Positions 27,039 to 35,222 of a stretch of DNA of 37,927 nucleotides are shown here, piece by piece. The stretch lies in contig JALGZR010000021.1 of assembly GCA_025774805.1 (NCBI GenBank), positions 1-37,927 of the forward strand, read 5' to 3'. This DNA comes from a bacterium. Its GTDB lineage: Bacteria > ARS69. A program made the translations under genes and the position numbers. The notes below the pieces were generated by a model, which was not told the origin of the DNA, ran no database searches, and worked only from the letters and a program-made list of their open reading frames with translations. The stretch's first letter is position 1; each line of letters starts with the position of its first letter.

Positions 27039-28265
27039 ATGACCATGTCGACGACGACCGCTCCCACCGCCACCGACCAGGGCCCCTGGTTCCGCCTCAG
27101 CGCGGAGCAGGAGGAGATCCGGAAGCTCGCCCGCGACTTCTCGGACAAGGAGATCACGCCCGAGGTCGCGGAGCACCACGATCGGGAGGGGAGCTATCCC
27201 TACGAGATCGCGAAGAAGGGCTGGGAGATCGGGCTCATGAACTGCATCGTGCCCGAGGCTTACGGCGGTCTGGGAATGGGGGCCCTCGAGGAGTGCCTGA
27301 TCGCCGAGGAGCTCGCCCACGGGTGCATGGGCATCTCGCTGTCCATCATGGCGAACAATCTGGGCATCGTTCCCGTGAAGCTCGCCGGGACCGAGGAGCA
27401 GAAGAAGAAGTACCTCGGCATGCTGATGGAGGAACCGCTCCACTGCGCCTACGCCCTGACCGAGCCGGAGATCGGCTCCGACCCGGCGGGACTCAAGATG
27501 TCGGCGGTCAAGAAGGGCGACAAGTGGATCCTCAACGGCGTCAAGCGGTGGATCACGGGCGCGGGGGTCTCGGACTGGTTCGTGGTCTTCGCCCAGAGCG
27601 ATCCCGAGAAGCGGCACAAAGGCATCAACGCGTTCATCGTCGAGAAGGACCACCCCGGCGTCTCCCTCGGGAAGAAGGAAGACATGATGGGGCAGCGCGC
27701 ATCCTTCACGTGCGACATCAACTGCGACGACGCGGAGATCCCGGCGGAAAACCTCTTGGGTGAGGAGAACTCGGGGTTTTACCTGGCGATGCGCTCGTTC
27801 CAGTTCACCCGACCGGCGATCGCGGCCGGCGCGGTCGGCGTCTGCCAGAACGCCCTCGACCATTCCCTGAGGTACGCGCTCGAGAGGAAGACCTTCGGGA
27901 CCTACATCGCGAATCACCAGGGCGTCCAGTTCATGCTGGCCGACATGGCCCGCGACATCATGGCGGGACGGCTCCTGACCTGGCAGTGCGCGTGGATGTG
28001 CGACCAAGGCATCGACAACAACTACGAGGTCGCCGTCGCGAAGCTCTTCACGGCGGATCGGGCGATGCGGATCACCGACGACGCGATCCAGATCTTCGGG
28101 GGCTACGGCTACTCGAAGGAGTACCCGGTGGAGAAGCTCCTGCGCGACGTGAAGGTCTGCCAGATCTACGAGGGGACGAGCCAGATCCAGAAGGTCATCA
28201 TCGGCCGGCACGTCGTCCGGGAGATGGCGAAGAAGATGGGCATCGACCCGAAGGAGCTGCGGTAG
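27039..28265 (+). CDS. Acyl-CoA dehydrogenase
   Basis: 408 aa with ACAD signatures (YALTEPEIGSDPAG, QIFGGYGYSKEYPVEKLLRDVKVCQIYEGTSQIQ). Confidence 0.9.
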   Translation: MTMSTTTAPTATDQGPWFRLSAEQEEIRKLARDFSDKEITPEVAEHHDREGSYPYEIAKKGWEIGLMNCIVPEAYGGLGMGALEECLIAEELAHGCMGISLSIMANNLGIVPVKLAGTEEQKKKYLGMLMEEPLHCAYALTEPEIGSDPAGLKMSAVKKGDKWILNGVKRWITGAGVSDWFVVFAQSDPEKRHKGINAFIVEKDHPGVSLGKKEDMMGQRASFTCDINCDDAEIPAENLLGEENSGFYLAMRSFQFTRPAIAAGAVGVCQNALDHSLRYALERKTFGTYIANHQGVQFMLADMARDIMAGRLLTWQCAWMCDQGIDNNYEVAVAKLFTADRAMRITDDAIQIFGGYGYSKEYPVEKLLRDVKVCQIYEGTSQIQKVIIGRHVVREMAKKMGIDPKELR

Positions 28266-28347
28266 CCTGCATTCCTCACCGTCCTCGGCTTCGGATGCGG
28301 ATCGCCGCGCCAGGGCGGATCGCCGCGCCCGGTGAGATACGCAGGCT
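28264..28347. repeat. 84-nt composite palindromic element. It has inverted arms AGCCTGCATTCCTCACCG / CGGTGAGATACGCAGGCT around an internal direct repeat (GGATCGCCGCGCC x2). It looks like a MITE- or REP-like member of the GTGAGA/GCAGGCT family
   Basis: The arms are reverse complements with 16 of 18 matches. Each arm equals one unit of the dispersed repeat. It lies between convergent genes and overlaps the ACAD stop codon. Confidence 0.6.
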
Positions 28348-28391
28348 TGCCGGACTCGCGAAGTCGAGGCGAGGTCCGGGTCGCGCGACGA

Positions 28392-28616
28392 TCAGCCCCA
28401 CCAGCAGGGCACCTGCTCGTCGACGAGCCGGGCCTTGTCGCAAAGAACCTCTTCCAGGAGGGGGGAGGCGTCGAGTCCCGACTCCACCGGGACCTCCCGA
28501 TGCGTGCCATCCGCAAAGATGATGCGCATCTGGACGGGCCCTCGCTCCGGATGCATCCTCACGGCGATCCGGTCGACCGGAACCTCCACCCATCGTTCCC
28601 GTTCCCTGACTTCCAT
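28392..28616 (-). CDS. Small hypothetical protein of about 74 aa
   Basis: Internal ATG at 28616 with RBS ggggagactccATG. The ORF formally extends to 28739. No family recognised. Confidence 0.4.
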   Translation of the reverse strand: MEVRERERWVEVPVDRIAVRMHPERGPVQMRIIFADGTHREVPVESGLDASPLLEEVLCDKARLVDEQVPCWWG

Positions 28617-28772
28617 GGAGTCTCCCCGATCTCGCCCGTCTGCCTTCCGGGTGGCCGCGCGGCGCTCCCGCGGGAGCGAGCAGCGTACGGCAGCAGCGTC
28701 CCGAAAAAGAGAGCGGGCGGCTGCACGAAGGACGAGCATGTCATCCCCAAGATCGGCAAATCAGCCGGAAGA

Positions 28773-28801
28773 TTCCAGGGTGCAAATCGATTCTTCGCAA
28801 A
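28773..28801 (-). promoter_or_regulatory. Candidate minus-strand promoter (TTGCGA-N17-TGGAAT) in an AT-rich patch carrying short direct repeats (tcgtcagga / tgtcagga)
   Basis: Pattern match on the reverse complement. There is a local GC drop at 28740-28830. Weak. Confidence 0.2.
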
Positions 28802-28828
28802 ATTCTCGTCAGGATTCGATTCTTTTTG

Positions 28829-30100
28829 TCAGGAGTCCGACGGTGATCTCAACTCGAGACCGATCTGCCGCGCGAGGGTCTCGAGGTCCTCTCCGCTCGC
28901 CGGAATGCAGGACAGTAGATCCGCCGCGTGACCGTGGATCCACTGCTCCGGCCCGGACGGACTCAGCCGGGCGGTGAGACCGAGGAGCGCCTTCCACTCC
29001 TCCGCGCGCCTCCGGGAGTACTCGTCGAGAACCCCCTCGGACGCCGCGCCCCGATGGACTTCCGAGATCCGGGTGGCCAGGTCGAATCCCTCGCGCAGCC
29101 CCACGTTCATGCTCTGGATGCCGACGGGACCGGTCAGGTGCGCCGAGTCGCCGGCCAGCCACATGCGTCCCCGGCCGAAGTCCGAGGCGAGGCGGGATTC
29201 GAACCGGACGATCATCGACCAGGTGATCTCCTTCGGCTTCGCGCCGAACCACGGCGCCCGTTCCGCCAGGAATCCCCGCAGGTGCTCAGCGGTCAGGGCG
29301 GGAGCGGAGGCGTCAGCCATGTGAACCGCGACCCGGCTCTTGTAGCGCGGCTCGGGCGGCTGGCGGGGATCGGCGACCTGGAAGCTCCAGCGACAGCGTC
29401 CGTCGGGGAGCGGCCAGAGTGCGTTCATCAGGCCGTCGGCGATCGAGATCCGCATCTCGTCGCCGACGCTTCCGTCGACCTCGAGCTCGAAGACCGCGAA
29501 AAAGAGGGGGTCGCCGTGTGCGGCGTGGTCGATTCCCAACGTCCTCCGAACGAACGATCGGTGTCCGTCCGCGCCGATCACGTAGCGGGGCTCGAATCGG
29601 AGGCGCTTGCCGACGGCCCACTCCGTCACCGCGATCGCGTAGCCGCTCGACACCTTCTCCAGGCGATCGATCTCGGCGTGGATCCGGTCGCTCCGCACTT
29701 CGAGATCACTGAGGCGGTGATTCCAGTGGACGTCGATGCCGCGCTTCCGAAGCGCCTCCTCGAGAGCGCGCTCGAGGGTGGACTGACGGATCGCGAGGAC
29801 GTAGGGGTGGTCTCCCGGGAGTCGGGAAAGGTCCATCTCGGCGCGGCGGTCCGCCCCGTCGTAGAGCGCGATCCGGTTCACGCGCAGTCCCTCGGCCCCG
29901 ACGGCGTCGGCCAGGCCGAGCCCCGCGAGCAGATCGAGGCTCCGGGCGTGCAGGGCGAGGGCGTAGCTCTGGGCGGCGGTTCGGGGCTGTTCGTCGATGA
30001 GGTGGACCCCCATGCCGCGCTCGTGGAACTGCAACGCCGTGAACAGACCCACGGGTCCCGCCCCCACGATCAGGACCTCGGGTCGGTGCTTCCGAAACAT
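28829..30100 (-). CDS. FAD-dependent monooxygenase (UbiH/VisC-like aromatic-ring hydroxylase family)
   Basis: N-terminal FAD-binding GxGxxG (VLIVGAGPVGL). Typical flavoprotein hydroxylase length. Strong RBS aaggaggaggtccggcATG. Confidence 0.85.
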   Translation of the reverse strand: MFRKHRPEVLIVGAGPVGLFTALQFHERGMGVHLIDEQPRTAAQSYALALHARSLDLLAGLGLADAVGAEGLRVNRIALYDGADRRAEMDLSRLPGDHPYVLAIRQSTLERALEEALRKRGIDVHWNHRLSDLEVRSDRIHAEIDRLEKVSSGYAIAVTEWAVGKRLRFEPRYVIGADGHRSFVRRTLGIDHAAHGDPLFFAVFELEVDGSVGDEMRISIADGLMNALWPLPDGRCRWSFQVADPRQPPEPRYKSRVAVHMADASAPALTAEHLRGFLAERAPWFGAKPKEITWSMIVRFESRLASDFGRGRMWLAGDSAHLTGPVGIQSMNVGLREGFDLATRISEVHRGAASEGVLDEYSRRRAEEWKALLGLTARLSPSGPEQWIHGHAADLLSCIPASGEDLETLARQIGLELRSPSDS

Positions 30101-30183
30101 GCCGGACCTCCTCCTTCGGCTTCGGCGCCCGCCACGGGCATCCCCGACCCTCTGGCCCGGGCCATCCCTGAAGGATCGGCTGC

Positions 30184-30201
30184 GATCGCGGATCCGCGAT
30201 C
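30184..30201. promoter_or_regulatory. Perfect 18-bp palindrome GATCGCGGATCCGCGATC, about 85 nt upstream of the monooxygenase start. Candidate operator
   Basis: Read directly; it is its own reverse complement. Additional GATC-rich flanks. Confidence 0.35.
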
Positions 30202-30341
30202 TCGCGACGATCCTCTTGGATCATCCGGGCCAGGGGCATGCGGCGCATCTCGATCATGACTTCCATCAATGCAAAAACTGATCATTGTCAGTTGACGAGC
30301 CGACGGATCACATCTTCTCGCCGAGGCTACAAAGGACCCCC

Positions 30342-30369
30342 TGGTCAAGATAGTGAAGTAGTGTATCAT
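30342..30369 (+). promoter_or_regulatory. Candidate promoter TGGTCA-N16-TATCAT in the AT-rich divergent intergenic region, oriented toward the PepSY-TM gene
   Basis: Pattern match to the sigma70 consensus. Local AT-rich stretch at 30250-30380. Confidence 0.25.
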
Positions 30370-30564
30370 TAAATCCGTCGAGGGAGAGGCCCAGCGTCGG
30401 CTTCCTTCGGGCCGTAGCGGGGTTGCTGGGTGAGGGGTTCGGGGATCCGCCGGGCAACCCCCCGCCAGGGTCGTCTCCCTCGATTTCTATCCTACCGGGC
30501 GTCTTCTCGCAAACCGGTTCAGAACGGGCCCCGAACCCTGATAGCGTGGTCGCGAGTCGAGGCC

Positions 30565-31122
30565 TTGAGCACCTTCCGGAAGATCTGTCGGTTCCTCCAT
30601 CGCGAGTTCGGCTACTTCGCGGTCGGCCTGACGCTGGTCTATGCAATCTCCGGCGTCGCCGTGAACCACGTCCACCACTGGAACCCGAACTACCGCCTTC
30701 ACAGCGAGACCTTCCGACTCGAACCGATTCCGGAGACTGATCCGGAGGCGATCGCGGCGACCGTGCTCGATCGTCTCGGGATCTCCGATCCGGTCAAGAA
30801 CGTTTGGCGTCCCGACCGGGCCCACGTCCAGATCTTTCTCGAGGGCGCGACCCTCGAGGTCGACACGGGGACCGGCGAGGTGGTGTGGAACGGATTCGCG
30901 GAGCGGCCCTTCCTGTTCGACGTGAACTTCCTCCACCTCAATCACGGCAAGGGCGCGTGGACGGTCATCGCGGACGCCTACTCCGTTCTTCTCGCCGTTC
31001 TCGCGATCACCGGCATCTTCCTCGTGAAGGGGCGCAAGGGGCTGGCCGGCCGCGGCGGGGCCTGGATGGTCCTGGGAATCGTCTTCCCGGTGGTCTATCT
31101 GATCTTCGTACGCTATCTCTGA
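30565..31122 (+). CDS. PepSY-associated TM-helix family membrane protein. TTG start at 30565, with the ORF open from GTG 30430
   Basis: FRKICRFLHREFGYFAVGLTLVYAISG is typical of PepSY_TM N-termini, and a second TM helix sits at the C-terminus. The region upstream of 30565 is an Arg-rich low-complexity translation. Confidence 0.55.
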   Translation: MSTFRKICRFLHREFGYFAVGLTLVYAISGVAVNHVHHWNPNYRLHSETFRLEPIPETDPEAIAATVLDRLGISDPVKNVWRPDRAHVQIFLEGATLEVDTGTGEVVWNGFAERPFLFDVNFLHLNHGKGAWTVIADAYSVLLAVLAITGIFLVKGRKGLAGRGGAWMVLGIVFPVVYLIFVRYL

Positions 31123-31223
31123 GTCTCCGGTGTGTGTCGGTGCGTGGCGGAGGGGACCGGTGCATGCCGAGGAGTACCGGCGCGTGCCGGAAGCCCGGCA
31201 ACGACGAAGCCGGGCGCGGCTTG

Positions 31224-31260
31224 TCGCTGCCGCAGCAGAGGCAGGTGAGACATGCAGGCT
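31224..31260 (+). repeat. Copy g of the repeat family (gtcgctgccgcagcagaggcaggtgagacatgcaggct). It overlaps the RBS and start codon of the ATL gene
   Basis: Shares the gctgccgcagcagag prefix with copies a and b and the gtgagaNNNgcaggct core. The ATG of the ATL gene is the NNN+g of the motif. Confidence 0.6.
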
Positions 31261-31620
31261 GAATTCCCGCGTCGGGGAGCGGGTCCTGAACGGCGTTCGG
31301 AGAAGGCCGGGCGCGACCCCGCGGTCCACGAGCGCATCTTCCACCTCGTCCGGCAGGTGCCGCGGGGCAAGGTGGTCTCGTACGGCCGCATCGCGCGCAT
31401 CGTGGGCGCGGGGACTCCGCGGGTCGTGGGTTTCGCGATGCGCGCCGCCCCCGACGACGTGCCCTGGCAGCGGGTCGTCAACGCGAAAGGCGAGGTGAGT
31501 CCGCGATCGGCGGGGGACGGCGCCGCGGTTCAGCGTCGCCTCCTCGAGGCCGAGGGGGTCCGCTTCGACGAGCGGGGAAGGATCGACCTCGAGCGATTCG
31601 GCTGGCTGCCGGAGGAGTAG
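31252..31620 (+). CDS. atl: Alkyltransferase-like protein (ATL). It has the MGMT/Ogt DNA-binding fold with Trp replacing the acceptor Cys (PWQRVV)
   Basis: The conserved helix-turn-helix region and PWQRVVN in place of PCHRV match ATL proteins (E. coli Atl PWHRV). The start codon lies inside repeat copy g. Confidence 0.7.
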   Translation: MQAEFPRRGAGPERRSEKAGRDPAVHERIFHLVRQVPRGKVVSYGRIARIVGAGTPRVVGFAMRAAPDDVPWQRVVNAKGEVSPRSAGDGAAVQRRLLEAEGVRFDERGRIDLERFGWLPEE

Positions 31621-31794
31621 GGCAGGGGTGTGGAGCCGCGACCAGGTCCGGAGGCGCGGGGCGCCGTGCGGACTTCCTCTCTTGAGCCATCGCCCTCGAT
31701 GACCGAAGATGGCGTAGATTTCCGTCCGGCGGTCCCGGCGCTCGCCGAGACCGCCGGAGAGCATTCCGGGCGATCCCGCGAGGGGACCCTCGAG

Positions 31795-32643
31795 ATGGGC
31801 AAGAAGAAGAAAGGCGCTCCCGCTCCGGCGCAGATTCCCTCTCCGGTCGAGGTGGGAGACCCTCCCCGCAAGATCGCGGAGCCCGTCTATCTCGAGGAGC
31901 TGGGCAAGCTCCAGATCGAGCTCGTCAAGCTGCAGGAGTGGATCAAGGCCAAGGGCCTGAAGGTCGTCGTCATCTTCGAGGGGCGCGACGCCGCCGGGAA
32001 GGGCGGGGTCATCAAGCGGATCACCGAGCGCCTCAACCCCCGGATCTGTCGCGTCGTCGCGCTGGGAACACCCACCGAGCGGGACAAGACCCAGTGGTAC
32101 TTCCAGCGCTACGCGGCCCATCTTCCCGCGGCGGGCGAGATGGTCCTGTTCGATCGAAGCTGGTACAACCGCGCCGGCGTCGAGCGCGTCATGGGCTACT
32201 GCACGGAAGAGGAGCACCGGGAGTTCCTCCGCTCCTGTCCCGAGTTCGAGCGGATGCTGATCCGCTCGGGCATCATTCTCATCAAATACTGGTTCTCGGT
32301 CTCGGACGAGGTGCAGGAGAAGCGCTTCCAGGATCGGAACCTCGACCCGACCAAGCGCTGGAAGCTCAGTCCCATGGATCTGAAGTCGCGCGATCTCTGG
32401 GTCGAGTACTCGCGGGCCAAGGACGAGATGTTCGCCTACACGGACATCAAGCAGGCCCCGTGGTACGTCGTGAACGCGGACGTGAAGAAGCGGGCCCGCC
32501 TCAACTGCATCGCCCACCTGCTGAGCATGGTTCCCTACGGGGATCTCACGCCCGGCCCGGTCAAGCTGCCCCCCCGCACGGACCAGGGTGGCTACGTCCG
32601 TCCCCCGATGGGGGACCAGACCTTCGTGCCCGAGATCTACTGA
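31795..32643 (+). CDS. ppk2: Polyphosphate kinase 2 (PPK2) family protein
   Basis: Walker A-like FEGRDAAGKGG, the PPK2 lid and conserved blocks (WYFQRY, DRSWYNRAGVERV). ATG 31795 within ORF 31630..32643. Confidence 0.9.
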   Translation: MGKKKKGAPAPAQIPSPVEVGDPPRKIAEPVYLEELGKLQIELVKLQEWIKAKGLKVVVIFEGRDAAGKGGVIKRITERLNPRICRVVALGTPTERDKTQWYFQRYAAHLPAAGEMVLFDRSWYNRAGVERVMGYCTEEEHREFLRSCPEFERMLIRSGIILIKYWFSVSDEVQEKRFQDRNLDPTKRWKLSPMDLKSRDLWVEYSRAKDEMFAYTDIKQAPWYVVNADVKKRARLNCIAHLLSMVPYGDLTPGPVKLPPRTDQGGYVRPPMGDQTFVPEIY

Positions 32644-32785
32644 GGGACCAGCCGAGCCGCCGGCCCTCCCGCCACGCCGCCCCCTACCTAAAGCTCTTGT
32701 TCTCGAAGGCCGATTCTGGAGCGGGATTCCGCACCGGTTGCGCTTGCCCCGGTGAGGGGGGCCGGCCGGGGATTCGGAGGGGGTC

Positions 32786-33667
32786 TTGCGTCTCGTCGCC
32801 TGCTCGAACTGTCACGCCCAGTACGACGTCACGAACAAGGCAGAGTCGACCGTCACCTGTCGGTGCGGAGCGGCCGTCGACGCCCGGCCCCGTCCCGCGG
32901 TGGACGCCGAGATCCACCGTTGCGGCTCGTGCGGCGCGGTGGTGGCGAAGGGCGCGGGCCACTGCGACTACTGCGGCTCCGTGATCGTCCACGTCCGGCG
33001 CAATCTCAGCCTTCTCTGTCCCGAGTGCTTCGCACGCAACCGGGAGGACTCCCGCTTCTGCACCGCCTGCGGCGTCGCGTTTCGTCCGGAGCCGCTGGAG
33101 ACGATCGCGCCCGAGCTCCCCTGTGTCGAGTGCGGCGCCCTCATGCCGCCGCGATCGGTCGGCCGGGTGTCGGTGAACGAGTGCCCGAACTGCGGAGGCC
33201 TCTGGGTGCCGGGGGACCGTTTCGACGCGCTCATCGATCGGGCGATCGAGATCCGGCGGCAGGCGGACGCGGGGACGATCACGGCCCCGAGTCCCCGCGT
33301 GCGCGGAGGCAACCCGGTGTCGGACCGGGTGAAGTACCGGAGCTGTCCCGTGTGCGACGCGTTCATGCTGCGTCGCAACTACCGGCGGACCTCCGGAGTG
33401 ATCATCGATCGGTGCCACGATCACGGGACGTGGCTCGACCCGGACGAGCTGGAACAGATCGCGGGGTTCATCCTGAGCGGTGGGTTGGAACGAGCGCGCC
33501 GCGCCGAGAATACCTCGATGAAGACGGGGTCGGCGCCGGGCTCGGCGGGATCTTCCGCGCGAGCCGGAACGGAGCTCGCGAAGATGCTGGTGGATCACGA
33601 CAGGCGGCGGGCGAAGCGGGGCCTCGTCGTCTCGTTCGTCGATTTCCTGAGCGAAGTGCTCTCTTGA
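32786..33667 (+). CDS. Multi-zinc-ribbon protein. An N-terminal double zinc ribbon plus two zf-TFIIB-type (PF13453-like) zinc-finger modules
   Basis: At least six CxxC pairs. Modules CPNCGGLWVPGDRFDALIDR and CPVCDAFM...IDRCHDHGTWLDPDELEQI resemble the bacterial 'transcription factor zinc-finger' domain. TTG start after ggaggggg. Confidence 0.7.
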   Translation: MRLVACSNCHAQYDVTNKAESTVTCRCGAAVDARPRPAVDAEIHRCGSCGAVVAKGAGHCDYCGSVIVHVRRNLSLLCPECFARNREDSRFCTACGVAFRPEPLETIAPELPCVECGALMPPRSVGRVSVNECPNCGGLWVPGDRFDALIDRAIEIRRQADAGTITAPSPRVRGGNPVSDRVKYRSCPVCDAFMLRRNYRRTSGVIIDRCHDHGTWLDPDELEQIAGFILSGGLERARRAENTSMKTGSAPGSAGSSARAGTELAKMLVDHDRRRAKRGLVVSFVDFLSEVLS

Positions 33668-33676
33668 ACCGAAACC

Positions 33677-33720
33677 GGCGGTCGGGGAATCCGGGGCGGC
33701 TCCCGCTCCGTCCGACCGCC
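33677..33720 (+). terminator. GC-rich inverted repeat (GGCGGTCGG...CCGACCGCC) after the zinc-ribbon gene
   Basis: 9-bp perfect arms with a 26-nt structured loop and no U-tract. Confidence 0.2.
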
Positions 33721-33743
33721 CCGACCGGAAAGGGCGACGCGCC

Positions 33744-34883
33744 ATGAGTTTCCTCGAAAAGCTCCGATCCGAGCTCGTCGACATCGTCGAGTGGGTGGAC
33801 GACAGCCACCGGACCCTGGTGTGGCGGTTCCCGCGCTACCACAATCAGATCAAGAACGGCGCGAAGCTCATCGTGCGGCCGGGGCAGGAGGCGATCTTCG
33901 TACATCAGGGAAAGATCGCCGACCAGTTCGGACCCGGAACCTACGTCCTGCAGAGCCGGAACCTCCCGGTGCTGAGCACTCTCGCCGGTTGGCCCCACGG
34001 GTTCGACAGTCCGTTCAAGGCGGAGGTCTACTTCGTCGCCACGCGCCAGGTCACCGACCTGAAGTGGGGAACACCGAACCCGGTCATGATGCGGGATCCG
34101 GACTTCGGTCCGATCCGCGTCCGCGCGTTCGGCACGTACACGATCAAGGCGGTCGACGCGCGCGCTCTTCTGACCGAGCTCGTCGGCACCGACTCCAGCT
34201 TCGAGTCGGACGAGATCTCCGAGCTCCTGCGATCGATCGTGAACTCGGAGTTCGCGGACCTCGTCGCGAACGCGTCGGTTCCCGTCCTCGACCTCGCGTC
34301 CAACTACCAGGAGCTCTCCGGACAGCTCCGGGAGGCGGTGCGGCGCCGCGTCCGGGAGGTGTTCGGGCTCGACGTCCCGCAGCTCTACATCGTGAACGTC
34401 TCCCTTCCGGCGGAGGTCGAGCAGGCGCTCGACGCGCGCACCAGCATGAACCTCGTCGGTGACCTCGCGGCGTACCAGCAGTACCAGATCGGGCAGTCCA
34501 TGCCGGTCGCCGCCGCGAATCCGTCCGGCGGCCTCGCCGGCGCCGGCGTCGGTGTCGGAATGGGCATGGCAATGGCCCGCCAGATGGTGCCGGGAACGGA
34601 TGGACAGATGGGGGGAGGTGTGCCCTCTGCCGCCGTTCCGCCGATCGGGCCAGCGCCCGCGCCTCCGGCTGTCACGTGGCACATCGTGGAGCAGGGCGCC
34701 ACGGTGGGTCCGTTCGCATACGGCCAGGTTTCCGAGGCGATCACCGCCGGACGGATCCGACCCGAGACGCTCGTCTGGACGGCGGGCATGAGTGGCTGGG
34801 TCGCCGCCGCTCAGGTGCCGCAGCTGGGGCAGCTGTTCGCCGGGGCGGTGCCGCCGGCACCGCCTCCGCCGTCCGCGGGGTGA
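33744..34883 (+). CDS. SPFH/band-7-like protein (COG4260 'virion core protein'-type) with an Ala/Pro/Gly-rich linker and a C-terminal DUF4339/GYF-like domain
   Basis: The N-terminal 250 aa match the SPFH-like family that often carries Zn ribbons. The C-terminal WHIVEQGATVGPFAYGQVSEAITAGRIRPETLVWTAGMSGW is DUF4339-like. Confidence 0.8.
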   Translation: MSFLEKLRSELVDIVEWVDDSHRTLVWRFPRYHNQIKNGAKLIVRPGQEAIFVHQGKIADQFGPGTYVLQSRNLPVLSTLAGWPHGFDSPFKAEVYFVATRQVTDLKWGTPNPVMMRDPDFGPIRVRAFGTYTIKAVDARALLTELVGTDSSFESDEISELLRSIVNSEFADLVANASVPVLDLASNYQELSGQLREAVRRRVREVFGLDVPQLYIVNVSLPAEVEQALDARTSMNLVGDLAAYQQYQIGQSMPVAAANPSGGLAGAGVGVGMGMAMARQMVPGTDGQMGGGVPSAAVPPIGPAPAPPAVTWHIVEQGATVGPFAYGQVSEAITAGRIRPETLVWTAGMSGWVAAAQVPQLGQLFAGAVPPAPPPPSAG

Positions 34884-34905
34884 GGGGGTGGGGAGGAGGC
34901 TGACC

Positions 34906-34937
34906 CGCCGCGGGTTCGATTCCCGCCGCCTCCACCA
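34906..34937 (+). other. tRNA 3'-end fragment (T-stem/loop GCGGG-TTCGATT-CCCGC, acceptor 3' strand CGCCTCC, discriminator A, CCA) with no intact tRNA. Candidate att-site remnant at an island boundary
   Basis: Canonical T-arm and CCA read directly. No D-arm or anticodon arm can be folded upstream, where the sequence is the SPFH gene's 3' end. GC content drops sharply immediately downstream. Confidence 0.5.
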
Positions 34938-34996
34938 CTAACTTTTTTAAATCAAAGGCTTACGGCTTCCAGAAAAGCTGTCTCCGGATATCCTCC

Positions 34997-35222
34997 GTGA
35001 AAATGTGTGACACCTAGTAAAGCCGGCCCCGATGCGGCGGCGCTGCGCCTCCGGATCTGTGCGGGGGGCGCCGGGCGACCGGCGTCCCTACCGCGAAGTG
35101 AAAATGTGTGGCTGAAGGTTAACGCGCCCGAGACTCGCCACTTAGCAGTCGGATGCGATAGAGCTGCACGTCTGGCCCTGTGCGGGGGGGCCTGGCGACG
35201 GGCGTTCTCACCGCGACGTGAG
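34997..35222 (+). repeat. Imperfect direct repeats next to the tRNA fragment: GTGAAAATGTGTG x2 and a roughly 45-nt unit CTGTGCGGGGGG...CCGCGA(A/C)GTGA x2. They look like integrase arm-type sites or iterons
   Basis: Units at 34997-35009, 35057-35110 and 35178-35222. The long units are about 85% identical. Confidence 0.45.

Noticed and set aside
25023-28211. Minus-strand ORFs 25023-26720, 26072-27157 and 26958-28211
   Set aside because: They are antisense to MutY and the acyl-CoA dehydrogenase, both with unambiguous family signatures.
28928-32517. Plus ORF 28928-30259 and minus ORF 30487-32517 (676 aa)
   Set aside because: They are antisense to the FAD monooxygenase, PepSY-TM, ATL and PPK2 genes. 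No motifs. Arg-rich translations.
34860-34937. Possible complete tRNA gene ending at the CCA at 34937
   Set aside because: Only the T-arm and acceptor 3' strand can be folded. No anticodon or D-arm, or 5' acceptor strand complementary to CGCCTCC, exists upstream, where the sequence is the SPFH gene terminus. It is treated as a 3' fragment.
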